Positions 25,801 through 39,160 of a DNA stretch of 64,000 bases are shown here, in pieces (position 1 is the stretch's first letter; every line of letters begins with the position of its first letter). Source of the stretch: Guillardia theta CCMP2712 (Eukaryota > Protista > Cryptophyta); NCBI RefSeq assembly GCF_000315625.1, contig NW_005434482.1, positions 1-64,000 on the forward strand, read 5' to 3'. The notes under the pieces are model-generated. The model made no database searches. It had not been told where the DNA came from and saw only the letters and a program-made list of their open reading frames with translations. A program made the position numbers and the translations under genes.

Positions 25801-26429
25801 CAACAGATCCAGTCCCTCGCACCTACCTACCTACCTCCTCCTCCTCCTCCTCCTTCCGCCTCCTGTCAGGGATCACTTGGTTGATATCTTTTCCTTCACC
25901 CGCACATTCCCTCTCCTCTTCTCAGAGCTGCATGCTCGCCTGTTGGGGGTCTTCGAGTTACTTCAAACGAGATGATTCAAAGCCATGAACGAGTTCTGCT
26001 GTCCCTGGTTGATCGCGATCCTCAAACAATCACTGAAAGTTGTTCTGATACACGCTGTTGCTTCTCCTCCACTTCTTCTGCTTCTCCTGTTGCTCTTGCT
26101 CCTGCTGCTGCTCCTGCTCCTGCTGCTCCTGCTCCTGCTCCTTGTTTGCTGCTTCTGCTGCTGCTGCTCCTCCTCTCCTTGGCTGATCTTGTTTCCTTGC
26201 GTTCCCCACTAATCGCTACAGTATGGGGTGCAGGTTCTGATATGTCATTTTTGAAAACATATTTATAAATATTGTCTTGTTTTTGAATCGTTTGGTGTCA
26301 CATTGAAACTTAATAGGTTTTAAAGTGAACATTTGATGTACTTGGTTTGAAAGGTAAAACAAACTTTTTGAAAACACAGGCAGTTGAATGCAGCAGTGAC
26401 GAAGCGAGAGTATGGAGGAGAGAGAGAAC

Positions 26430-26762
<333 letters not shown>

Positions 26763-26973
26763 AGAAAATGTTACGAGGCGGCAAGGTCGACCGGGAGTGC
26801 GAAGTGAGCTATGATCAACTTGCAGCCGGGCAGCTGGTGAGGGCTGAGATGAAACATGAATGAGGGAGGGGAGAGGAAGGAGTTGTAGGAGGGGATTGAT
26901 AACTAGAGGGGAACGTCTGCTTCTCTCCCGCTTGCTCATGCTGGTGGCAGGCGAAGCTTTGACACTGATAGCA

Positions 26974-27308
26974 ATGTCCTCGCCGGCGGGAAAGAAGATT
27001 CTTTCCTTCTCTTCCCCCGGACACATCTACAAGTCTCAGTATCCTCTGCCCCAGTGCGACCTCTCCTTGGACGTGAAGGCTCGGGCGCTCGAGTGCAAGT
27101 GAGGAGGAGGAGGAGGAGGAGGAGGAGGAGGAGGAGGAGGAGGAGGAGGATGAGAGTTTCGCTTGCTGACCCAGGGAGCAGGAAGATTCTGGTGACGAAC
27201 ACCCTCAACGAGCTTCGAGAAATGTCGTCGGGACTGAAGGAGGACGAATGGATGTTTGAACACGATGGAGAGAAGCGAGCTGTGTTGTCAATATGTAAAG
27301 GTGTGTGA
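26974..27308 (+). CDS. Small two-exon protein, weakly APC16-like
   Basis: MSSPAGKKILSFSSPG...ALECK|KILVTNTLNELREMSSGLKEDEWMFEHDG..., with an intron at about 27099-27181. Confidence 0.5.
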
Positions 27309-27400
27309 GGTGGGGAAAATAAGGCATCATTATGTGTTAGGACAATTCTGTTGATATCAATATATACATATTTACATCTTCTTCATCACCTAATTTGACA

Positions 27401-30400
27401 TCATCGCCTTACTTCCTCTAATCTTTTTCTCATCTTCATCTTCATATTGACAACGTTCTCAATCTTCAGGAGCTTCTTCTCTATGTTCTCCTCTTCTTCC
27501 AGCACATCTTCGTCATTGATGAAGTTGTCTCTATCATCTTCCTCTTGCGTCTGGCTCATTTTGTCTCTTTCCTCCTTCACGTCTTGCGCCATCGGAGCTT
27601 CGCCGAGCTGTGCCTTGCCTTGCTCGAGATTCTGCTCCGGCGGGCTGATCGGGAACAGTCATTCTGACATCTCAACCACAAGACATGTCAATGTTACATG
27701 TTCTGTACATCCCTGCCGTGGGGAAAGCAAACGTTGAAGATGTTGTCGACAATCTGCAATTTGACATCAGCATGTAACTTTGAGCGTGAAGAAGACAAGG
27801 AAAGTTCTCACCTCTGCAAACATCTTGACTAGATATGACTGCAAGGTTGTCAGAAGAGAAGCAAGATATGACAACTTCTGACATGAAGGCCTTGAAGGAG
27901 ATTGAAGAGCAACCTTTCATTCCCTGCCACCTTGCCGAACGACTGCAGCCTTGTCACTGAGCATGTTGCAGCAAACACGATCATTGACCGAGAGGATGTC
28001 GGCGTCGTAGGACAAGTCTGTTCGATCTTCGGATGCGAGTGCTGGTGCGAAAAAATCATATGAGAAAATGCGCGAAGAAGAAGGGAGGGGACGGGACGGG
28101 AGGGGAGGGGAGGGGAAAGGGGAAGAGTAGGATGGAGGAGACAAGTAGACGGGAGGAGGAGGGTAGATACCGGCAGTGAAGGCTTGAAACAGAACCTTTG
28201 CGATGATCCTATTCCTTACATGAACAAGAGCAAGAGCAAGATATTCTCTCGTTTACCTCAAGTTGTTCATCGTTACCTTACCTGGCGCTCTGCCGCCAAT
28301 ACCATGCTGGCAGCAAATCAAAGGGCTTGAATTGCCAACAAGATGAAGAAGATGGAGAGAAAAACATCATCAAAGTGATGAAAGCAGCATGTGAGTAATG
28401 AAAACAGCATGAACGTGATGAAAATATACGAATGATGATGTAAACATCAAGAATGGGAGCGGAAGAAGACTGGGAGTGAATCATTGCATATAAAACAAAA
28501 ACGAAGGAGAAGAGGCAGGGGTAGCAGAAGATGGTAGTGTGGAGGAGTGAGAAAACCTTCCAAGGATTGAGGAGAAGGTCGATGAAAAAAATTCTTGTAA
28601 AGATGAATTGAGCGATAAGAAACTTGGCCTGTCGTTGGTAAGGAAGGATGGAAGGAGGGAGAAGAAACGAAAAGTAGCAGAAGAAGAGGAGGGAGGAAGA
28701 GGAGGAAGAGGAGGGAGAGGAGGAGGAGGAGGAGAAAGGAGGAGGAGGAGAAAGGAGGAGGAGGAGGAGGAGAGAGATCGTTACCTGTCTATCGTTGATC
28801 TCCCTGCTTGCTCATTGTCACATATCCCNNNNNNNNNNNNNNNNNNNNNNNNNNNNNNNNNNNNNNNNNNNNNNNNNNNNNNNNNNNNNNNNNNNNNNNN
28901 NNNNNNNNNNNNNNNNNNNNNNNNNNNNCCACCTACTCTTCCCTCCCCTTTCTCCTCTCTCTCTCTCCTCCCTCTCCCTCCTCTCTCTCCCTCCTTCTTC
29001 CCTTCTTCCCTTCCCCTGCACTTCTCTCCTCCTGTCCTCTGCTTCCTCTCCTCTCTCTCTCCTCCTCTCCCTCCTTCCCTTCCCCCTGCACGTCTCTCCT
29101 CCTGTCCTCTGCTTCCTCCTCTCTCTACCCTCTGGTCAACCTGCAAGACGAGGTTCGAGTCGAAGACAATGCTCGAGACCACGTGCTTGCAGATCTACAG
29201 AAAGAGCACAACAAGATTTAGCGCAGCAACTTTCATCTCGCCTCGACTCTTTCACCCTCTTCATCCACGATCTGCAAACTTCTTGATACGTCTGAACCTC
29301 GTCGCCCCTGCTGCTTCTTAGCGATCACAACAGATATTGAGGCTGTTGCTGACGTGATCTTGTCTTCATCGAGCTCGTCTTGGCCCTCAACCTCCTCCTC
29401 CTCCTCCTCGTGTTCTGTTCTCTGCCAAACAAGTTGGTTTGAGATCCAGTTGACAAAAAAACAAGACAGTGAGAAAGGATAGGATGGATTGAAGTGGGAC
29501 GAAGACATGCCAAGATTCAACATCAGCAACATCTTGCGGATGTCCACATGTTCAAGAGCTCACTCCCTCACACACTCCCTCACTACAATCAACTCGGCAG
29601 TTCAACATTCTTACATCCAGTCTTGAGGCTTCAGCGTTGACATTGTTCGCAGCTTCTTCAGATATCTGATTGAGATGTCATGATCATCTCTGAGGAATCG
29701 AAGCTTCAGCACCTGACGAGTCTCCTTCCCGGCCGATACAAACTTGTCCGTAACTTCTTTCAGATTCTTCAGGAACTGAAAACAACACCAGCACCACGTG
29801 TCAATATGACAAACAGCATTCATACAGTCTTCAGCACATCATATTCCCTCAACAAGGCATGTCTTCTAAACAAGTCATGTCTTCTCATAAGATCATGTCT
29901 TCTCAACCAAATCGTATTTTTACAACAAGTCACGTTCGCTGACCTGGCGGTCGTATTCATCCTGATCCTCCTGTCCATCCTCCCGCCATTTGTTCACAGC
30001 GCTCGAACGTCTCCTCGGCGGCTCGACGACCCTTCTCTTCTCTGCTCCTGTCACGATCGTCTTCTCCTCCCTGCTCGCCTTCCCCCCGTCATCTCTGCTC
30101 GCTGCTCGCTCGAAGCTCCTCGATGTCTTCACTCCTCCCTCACTCTGCGAGTCGTCCGTTTCCTTCAGCATCGCAATCAGAAAGAAATCATACGAGAGCT
30201 TCCTTGCGCTTCCCTCCTCCTTCGACTTTTCCCTTCCTCAGCGGTGCTGAACCCCCCTCCCTCCCCCTTCCTCCTCCTCCTCTCCTCTCCCTCCTCCTCT
30301 CCCTCTCCTCGCTCCTCCTCTCCTCCTCTCCTCCTTTCCATCCCACCATGTGCTTCAGAAACATCTTCTGCATGGCAATCGTACTCTCTAAAAGCGCCTC

Positions 30401-31490
30401 AAGTTTCGAGGCAGCAGGCGGCCTGACTGCCAGTCTTGGCTGCTGCCGGACACGCTCGCCTCCCGCGATCTCGCTCCCTCGTACTGGTTCCTTCCCCCTG
30501 CCATCGGGGGGTCCACTGAACACAACCTGTTCCTGATCTCGGTCTCACGATCAGCATGGCAGGAGGGAGGAGGGAGGGCGTTAACGGACCTTCCTCCTCC
30601 TCAGCTGCTGTTGCATCGCTCGATTGGACTCTTCGATCGATCGCAGCTCAGCAAACTTGCTGTCGAGGAGGCTTCTCAGGAACGCCTCCTGCCGTCCCGG
30701 TCAGAGCAGTTCCTTCCTATCTCCTCTTGCTCACCTGCGGTGGAAGTGTCTCCGGCAGTCCTCCCCTCCTCCTCTCCTGCTCAAGTACAGCAGCCGGTCT
30801 GGCGTGTATGGCAGGCAGACTTGTTCCTCCCATTGCATGCTCTGCGGGAGCTGCGGGGCTCGATCGCTGCTGCTCCAGCAGTGAATTGAGTTCGTTCAGA
30901 CGCCGAATGACGTGCTGCTGTGACATGAAAGAAGAGGGACCGAGGAGTTCGCGTGATGTCACATGCTCCACTTGAACTTCCTTGCTGGAACAGCAAGTCC
31001 TGTCAGATCGAGGTAATAACGAGGAGATGCAGGAGAGGGAGGGGGAGAGGGAGGGGGGGAGGGAGGGGGGGAGGGAGGGGGAGGGGAGAACTTCAAAGCA
31101 GGATAGGGGGTTGCTATTATGCCTCTCGTTCCATCTCTCTGCAAAGGGTCTCAGCTGCTTCGTAGTCTGCTAGCAGCTCATCCGTCGACCTATCCCATCT
31201 GGAGCAGTCCCACCCAGCCCTCGGATCAGCTCACAATTGGCAATTGTTCCTTACTATTTCCTCTGACACACTCTCTACTTCTCACCCGCGCATTAACAAC
31301 ACAATGTTCTCTGCTTTCTAAATGTGTTGGTTTTCCCCGGCTCCTACACTTTGGTCTCCCCCATCGTCTTTGACTTGGATTGTCATCCTCCTTTCCTCCT
31401 CTCCCTCTCCTCCTCCTCTCTCCTCCTGCTGTACTCTCCTCCTCTCTCCTCCTGCTGTCCTGTTCTCCTCTCTTCATTCAACCATGAGCA
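27401..31490 (-). CDS. Large multi-exon hypothetical protein with charged, low-complexity segments
   Basis: Chain of minus-strand exon-like ORFs (30717..30971, 29920..30171, 29611..29823, 29233..29547, 27401..27592) separated by microsatellite-rich introns. Could be more than one gene. Confidence 0.55.
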
Positions 31491-31579
31491 CAGGCATTTG
31501 GTTTCCAACTGATTGCAATGGCGCGAAAAGATCCAGTGAAGATGGCTGACCACCTTATCAAGCCCGCCTCAGCAATCAC

Positions 31580-31670
31580 GACTTGCCCGGCCCCGGAGCC
31601 CGGTACACCTCCCGGCAACGGCGACAGTTACTCAAGGCCCGGCCCGGCCGGCCCGGTCCCGGTTACACTA
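31580..31670. promoter_or_regulatory. CCGG-rich GC island between divergent genes
   Basis: cccggccccggagcccgg...ggcccggcccggccggcccgg. Confidence 0.5.
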
Positions 31671-33253
31671 CTGCCTGGTCACGTTCATCGGAAAACCAGG
31701 TCTTACTGCGCCTGTCATCCACGTGTTTTTAGTTGACTAAAGTATGGAAGAAGGCAGCAGCTTCACAATAGGATATCAATTAGTGCACTCATAATTGACC
31801 AAGCTCTCATGGGACACCTCGGATGTCCAATTTGGCTATGACACGACAACGGTGTACCCCCCACCCCCTCAACTACCATGTCAACAACCCCTCCTTTGTC
31901 ATATGCCCCCCTTCTCCGCCCATCGATTTTTTTTTTCGGAGCCTTCCGGATGTCATGCTGCGTGTCATGCGGTCACATTGCAGGTTGATGGCATGTTTGG
32001 GTGGGTACTTTACAAATGGATTTCTGGGGTAGGGTACTGAGTCATGGAACAAGGAAGGTGACAAACGACCTCTTCCTTTTAAAAAAAACAATTATATCAG
32101 TATAATTATTCTTATTGACAAGGATGTAACGGAAAATTATAATTACTACACGGTTTATTCCTTATGGGTCCAAATGCTTATAATCTTTTTACGGTAGTCG
32201 ATTCGGCCTTGCTCTCTTCAAAACAATGGAATATCTTGAAATAGTTGTCTCTAGTTTGAAATGTACAAAAAGAATCAATTTCCAAATATGGATCGGTGTT
32301 GCCGAGGTGAGGACTCATTGGGCCCTGGGATCGGCAGTCCACGTTGGTCATTGACGAACACGTATATATCTGACCATATCTAGAGTTCATTTTTGTATGG
32401 CAAACACTATAAAAAGTATTGCAATGTTCCTCACAATCACCTTGTACCCCCGTTGTCGTATATCATTTACATCCTTATTAACTTACACCTAGGATCGGAA
32501 GTTCTATATTGTGTCATATTTCAGTACAAACATTACCTACTTTTTATAGTCCACAGAATCCCAGCAATATCTAGGACGTGCCAAACCCCAAGATATCTGT
32601 CTCATGGTTATGCTAATCTGGGGTCAAGGGATCTTACGATCGAATTGAAGGCTTCGGAGTCATAATTTTTCATAAGTCTAGTAAAGATGATTACTGAGAA
32701 GAGGGCACCTTGGGCTTCTGGCAAACGACGCTGATACGTATCAGCTAGGGGTACCTCTTCAAAAACAAGTTTTTGATGTAAGATTTGTGTCAGCAACCGA
32801 CATATTCTGCGAATCGTTGAGGATTTATGTAGTAAAGAGAGTACCATATTATCCTAATTGAAAGATATCTTGGACCCCACAAAGGGTCTCCCGTACCATA
32901 TCCAGCAAGATGTTTATCTACCCCCCATTGAACTATTCAAGATATCTATGAAGTACCCGGTACTAAAGTACCCCACCCCCCTTCGGAATCTCTTTTCGAA
33001 GTATCTCTCACCTCCTTTGTTTGGCCTCTTGCCCTGCGTTTGCCTGTCTGTAGCTTGACCCGCGCATTTCCCCTCCTCCTCCTCCTCCTCCTCCTCCTCC
33101 TTCCCCCGCTCCTTTTACTCTCCCTCCTCACTCCCCCCAATCCTCTCCCTTGCAGCGCCCATCTCCTTCAGTAACGCTTGTCTTGCTCTTCTCGCCCTTC
33201 CCTGTAGTCTCTTTTCTTTCTCGCTGTCTTTCCCTTCACACAACATTACTGTG

Positions 33254-33916
33254 ATGCAACGATACGGCGACATTCCTTTGGACTTGAGCTCCTGGCTAGT
33301 TCCTTCTCCGTTGAATCCTGTGCAGTCTCATTACAGCGCTTTCCCGAGCATCTTGCCTGTTTCTTTCCCTATCGCGGCTCAAAGTCTTCAGGTGGGTTCA
33401 TTGCACCCCATCATCCCCTCGGAGGACACCACCCTTCTACTCCAGCAGCAGCTGCGACTGATGGAGAGTCAGAATGCCATGAAGCAGAAGATGCTAATGG
33501 ACGCACTGACTTCTCTGGCCTCGACCAACATGCTGCTGCAACCTGCTGCAGTCACGATGGCAACCCCGGTCGTTGCACAGGAGATTGCTTCCCCCCCAAG
33601 TCAAGACATGACCCCAATCGACGCCGAGCAGGGCAAGAAAGGGAAGGTGATGAAGTCCAAGAAGAGCAAGCAGACCATGAGGAAGCGAAGCTTCTGGTCA
33701 GATGAGGAGCATCAGCTCTTTATGGACGCCCTCAAGAAGTACAACGTGAACCCAATGCGGGAGACAAAGGCGGACGGGAAGCTCTATGTTGGGCTGGGGC
33801 CGTACGTTGCCGACATGATCGCGATCGAGATCGGGACTAGAAATGCAGCGCAAGTCCGATCGCATGCGCAGAAGTACTTCCAGAAGACCTGCGTTAGTGC
33901 GCTACCAGCCAAGTGA
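33254..33916 (+). CDS. MYB-related SHAQKYF transcription factor (copy 1)
   Basis: WSDEEHQLFMDALKKY...IGTRNAAQVRSHAQKYF; single ORF with a Q/P-rich N-terminus. Confidence 0.95.
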   Translation: MQRYGDIPLDLSSWLVPSPLNPVQSHYSAFPSILPVSFPIAAQSLQVGSLHPIIPSEDTTLLLQQQLRLMESQNAMKQKMLMDALTSLASTNMLLQPAAVTMATPVVAQEIASPPSQDMTPIDAEQGKKGKVMKSKKSKQTMRKRSFWSDEEHQLFMDALKKYNVNPMRETKADGKLYVGLGPYVADMIAIEIGTRNAAQVRSHAQKYFQKTCVSALPAK

Positions 33917-34809
33917 AGTCCCGCTAGTTAAATGCTTGTTGTTATTCTTTGAATCCTGACGAAACATTCTCCCTTTCTAATGTTAAACCTCATCGCTCAA
34001 GTGGAGAAGACAGAGATGCACCTTCAGCTCTCAGCACTGTTTGAATGTCTTTTAAAGGTCCTTGCCCAATTTTCGAACCGCAAGGTCCCGATTTTAATAG
34101 ATCTGTGAAAGATACACCGAATGTCTTGAACGTACGTTTGAAATTTGCCCATGCTCAATCTATTGTTGGTCCACTCCCATCTCACATTCTATCGTTCAGC
34201 AGTATTCAGCCAGAGGTTGTTATGGAAATACTAAGACAAAGGAGAGTGATCACCACTTGTCACACAATAAATGGAAAGATCAAAATGGCAAATACGTCTA
34301 TCGCGTCAAAAGTAATATGATGCAGCTTGAAAAAGCAATTCATCATTCTATGGATCATTCAATGTTTCAATTCGCGGAATAGCGTCGTGATACTCGATAA
34401 AGTCATGATAAAGTTATGAAGCGTTTTCGAGGACTTTGCCATATCTCCGAGGGCTTCATGGAGCTTTCATACTCTCAACGGCTAGATTACAAACTTCTTC
34501 CTATCCGCAGCTGTAAGAAGTCTTCGGACCGAGAATGTCGTAGTTCCAGACAGGGACAGGCAGGGGCAAATATATGTGAGTGTGCTAGCAAATCTCCTTC
34601 TCAACATCTCTTCTTGTGAATTAGGAGATTACGGACATTATAGATACGCAACAAAGCATGTAATGGGATTATTCATCATGATTTCTTCGTAGAGCTGCGT
34701 GCTCTCATGTAAATTTGGCGACGTGGAGACCCTAGAGTTGGATCTATGTAGCCACTTGTACATATTCATTTGCTTAATGAAGACATATGATTAATAAAAT
34801 CGAGAACAG

Positions 34810-37663
34810 CAGCACGATGTCAATACCTCTCCAGACCTCTAGCTGCCGACTCATTACACACTCACACACTCAACGCATCATATCAACTCCTGATCTTCTC
34901 TCCCTCTTTCCCTCCTCTTGTCTTGAAGCTCATCCCACAATGCCCAGCTTCGTCTGGTAGTCCCATGGTATGAAGGCGCTCCTGTTCGTCCACACCCGTC
35001 AGTCTCTCCCTCCTCCCCCTCCTCTCCCTCCCCCTTCACCCCTCCTCTTCCTCCTTCCCCTCCTCCTCCTCCCTCGCTGACACACCAGCTCTCGTCGTAC
35101 ACGTAGCAGTAGGCGTCGTTGAACTGCTCAAGCCACGTCACTTCCTCCTTCCCCTCCTACCGCTGCCCCTTACCCATCCGCAGGTGCCTTGTCCTTGCAA
35201 GCACATCCACACCTCCTTCTTGTCCTTCAACATCTGCTTGCCCAGCCCCCCTGCCGTCCCTCTCACGTCACCCGCGTCGCGAGCGAGGCAGCAAGCTCAC
35301 CGGTGATGAAGGTCTTGAGGGGGTCCCGGCTGATGTTCTTCCAGCTGCTCCCGGCATAGCACTGCCACAGACTCGTCACGACCTTACGACCTCTTCTCAG
35401 CTCGTACCCCAGGGTTCCAATAGTCGTTCAGCATGTACAGGGGCATGGGCGCGGTCGATATGACCTTCATGTCGCTGTACATCTCAGTCCAGCCTCTCAT
35501 CAGCCCCTGTACAACCCGCGGCACGTGAGACCAGCACAGCCCCAGCTCCTCGCCTGCTTGCCTGGAGGATGGAGAACTTGTTGTCTACATACGGCGACAG
35601 CTCGGCGGTCAGCATGGCGTCCTGCCGGCTGCAGTGAGCAACAGAAGACAGCCATGCGGACGAGGCAACGCACATGCTCGGCTGACAAGACCTTGACGTG
35701 CAGTTGGAGAGTCGCTAAAGGGTACTGATAGGTCGAGAAGTGCAGATACGTCTGCCAGGCAGAGTGTAAGAAGTAGGAGATGCCGAGGACGTCAGTCTCA
35801 CTCCGTTGTAGGTAGCCGGGAAGCTCGTGACAAAGTCCATGACGGCCTGCAGCAGGTAGTGAGGAGGAGGAGGCGAGAGGAGGAGCGGCGCTCCTGGGCG
35901 CTTACCGAGTTGAGGAAGTCGTTGCCGCCATACGACAACATGCCGTACATGCCGTACATGCCGTACATGAAGTAATCCGGGTAGAGGTTCTCAATTGCGA
36001 GTTTGATTGACTTGTGCATTGGATAGGTGGAGTACATGTCGCCTGACGATCAAGTCTGTCAGCAGCTGTGCAGTAGGAGCGGCAGCTTCATCACAGGAAG
36101 GAGGAGGAGTCATGGTGCTGTTGCTGTCCTGCATGTTGTTTGCATAGCAGGTGTCGGTGATGTTCTGCCAGATGGTCTGAAACTGCCACGGCATCGCGTC
36201 TCCCAACCCATTGAGGCAGCAGCCCATGTACGACTGGTACGACGCCAGCGCCTCCTGCTCTTCCCGTCAGCCCCATGGCTTCCATGTCCTCCCCTCTCGT
36301 CGTCTGCTATTGTTGCTCATACCTGGCATTCCATCGAGCAAGCAAGTCCCATGTAAGACATGTAGGTGTAGTCCGTCACGGACATCGGTTCGGCGGGAAG
36401 GCCACATGCAGAAAGAACGGTACTCCACTTTGGCGCAAACTCAGCCTCGTTCATGTATCGCTCCGCACAGTAAGAGCCTTGGTCTGCTCGCATGCACCGT
36501 CATGACCCCCTCGTGACCCGACGCTTCCACTTGACCAATCGTCCCTCCCCTCATCTTCCTTCCCCCTCTATCACCCCCCCCCCCCTTTGCTGTCCTCGCC
36601 CTCTTCCTCTCTCTTCTCTTTATGTATCTCATGCTCCTCTTTCTCTCTCTCCCCTCTTTACCTTGGTAGCAGCCTGCGCTCGCAATCATGCTCATCCGAC
36701 TGTCTGGCTCGACAAGTGCAACCGCTTGCATCACCTGACGCGAGTCATCTCAGCCTTCCTCCCTCCAGGCTCCGCCTTCTCTCTCACCTTCATCCCGCAG
36801 GACGAGCAGAGCAGGCTCGCCCTCGCCTTGTAGTCACTCGAGGACCCGGTCATGGCCTCCAAGACAGCTGCAGGAGTGCATTGGTCGCACAGCTCCATCA
36901 CGTTGTTCATCACTTGATCCTCGTTGGACGACGCGGGCATGCTCATTTCTCCCTCCCCGCTTATCATCATCATCATCGTAGTCGCCATCTGGTACATCAT
37001 TTGCACGCAGTCGCTGCATATCACCTGCAGCCTCCATCACATGCCCCTCCCTCGCTAGCCCTCTCGCTCTGCTCCTCTTGCTCACCCCCATGGCAGCTTG
37101 CGGAGACTCGACGTTGCTGAGTTGGTCCAAACAAGCCGCAAACTGATTGTCGCGACAAGTCATGTTCCATGTTGTGATGGAGATGTTGATCATCGGACAA
37201 GCCATGAGCGAGCTCAGGTCTGCCTCCGACAGGCTCCCAACCATGTCAAGCATCCCCGACATGCACTCACACCCAGACGCCCTCGAGCTTGCATCGAAGA
37301 AGTCAAGCGTGGAGCAGTTGGTCATGGAGGAGGACATCTCCATCATGAGCGGGTTGCTCCACTGCTCGCAAGGGTCTCCCGACATGCTGCGGGTCTTGGC
37401 GCGCTGCTGCTTCGACGCGTCGGCCTTGTGCTTGGCCACGTGGACCTTGAGGGAGTGCGGGAGGTCCGAGAGGGAGGACGAGAGCTGCCCGACCCTGGTC
37501 TTGACCAGATCCAGGAAGTTGTGGGCATGTTGGGCCGGGGCAGCATGGCTGGCCTGTGTGTCAGTCTTGGCAGGCTCCCTCTGAAGTGCAGCAAGGGCGA
37601 GGGCTGGGAGGAGGAGGAGGAGGAGGAGGAGGATAGCGGAGAGCTTGGAGGGCATGGGGTCTT
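34810..37663 (-). repeat. Left arm of a 2.85-kb inverted duplication
   Basis: Reverse complement of 41777..44624. Ends match at cagcacgatgtcaatacctc (outer) and ggcatggggtctt (inner). Confidence 0.95.
34930..37655 (-). CDS. Secreted Cys/Met-rich protein of unknown function, about 13 exons (copy A)
   Basis: Signal peptide MPSKLSAILLLLLLLLPALALA; many Cys including a CxxxCQEALASYQSYxGCCLNG segment; several N-glycosylation sequons; ends PWDYQTKLGIVG*. Confidence 0.85.
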
Positions 37664-38027
37664 TGCAGGCGAAATTCCTGCCTCAAAAGTAAAAACAGGG
37701 CGACGAAATGAAGATGAGAAGGGCTGGTTTGTTCTTGATGAAGAGGTTGTTAGGTGTGAGGGTCACTATGATTGTCAATATTAGTCAAGTGGGAATGATG
37801 GGAAGTGAGGGAGGGAATTCGATTGAGGAAGAGGACAAGCAGGAGGAGGAGGAGAAAAAGGAAGGGGAGAGGAGGACAAGTTAAGGTCCAACGAGGAGCG
37901 GGGGAGGTCGAGGACGATGCTATATGGATGATCGCGAGCAAAGAAGGAGGAGGAGTCTAGAAAAAAGCCTGGCAATATTGTTGTGAAAACTGGATGATCA
38001 AAGTTCAATCGATAAGAAATAAAAGAT

Positions 38028-38066
<39 letters not shown>

Positions 38067-38161
38067 ACAATAATGGAGGTCATGATGATGGAGGAGATGA
38101 TGATGTAGCTGATGGAGAAGAAGAACACTATGATAATGATGGAGTACAAGAACATGATAAT

Positions 38162-38193
<32 letters not shown>

Positions 38194-38844
38194 CATGGTA
38201 GGGTGGTTCAGATGAAGTTAAAGATGAGCATCATGGTTCATGACGATTATGGTTCATGACAACAGCGGACGAGGAGAGAGGAGGAGGGATTTCCAACGCT
38301 ATTAGTGAGGGAGTGAGGGACAAGTAAGACATGTAAAAGGAGGGGAAGTTGACATATTGGTGATGCAAAATCATGGGGGGTAGGGGTAGTCTTATCCAGG
38401 GTTACCGCTGACTTCGTCCTCTTCACCCTCAAAAGGGGTAGGTGAATTGGGGTATTATGGACGGGTCCTGAAAAGCAAGTGATGCTGATGTGGGAGGGGT
38501 GGTGGCAGTGAAAATTAACTTGTCGTCGGCGGTGGGGTGCACCTTATGAGTAAAGTAAATTGTAAAAGTAAAGGTTTGTCCTTCTTTTTCAGTCAATAAA
38601 GTAAAAAAGTAAATTAAATAACACAACACCCTCTAATACTACTGACTAATAAGTCAGTACCATTAGTAATCCTCCGCGGATCTGGTGGTACTTAGTACCA
38701 GGCTACTACTGTGGTACTGTACTACACTAGTGCCGGAATCGCCGTCGAGTTTAAAATCATTCCTTGTGCTACTTTAAAACTCCGATATAGTACGGTAGCC
38801 TACTAGTACCGCAAATCTGTGCCGCAGTATTGCTGAGTCACTTC

Positions 38845-39160
38845 ACTTCGCCGCCGCCCCCCAGGCTCAGCAGCGGCGGTGGCGGGTCCCGTGGCCGGGC
38901 CCGGCGGCCCGGCTGATCGGACCGCCCGGCCGCTCACCGTACGGTACCGTCCGTCAGTCAGTGGCAGGCTGCCACATAAGTGTGCGGCCGCCGGCCCCGG
39001 CGCCCTCGGACCGGCACGGTACCGGCCCGGGCCCCGGCGGGGACCGTCCGGCGGACTGCCCGGGACTCAGGCTCACTGACAGCTGACCGTACCGTCTCCA
39101 TCTTCCCCCCGAGTTTCTGAAATAGTCACCGTCCGTTACATCGCCGCCGGGCCGGGACGT
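38845..39160. promoter_or_regulatory. CCGG-rich GC island (left inner) with GTAC/TACTAC-rich flank at 38630-38830
   Basis: Dense ccgg/ggcc, TGAGTCA at 38834, and a GGGGT zone at 38340-38560 toward the copy A start. Confidence 0.55.
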
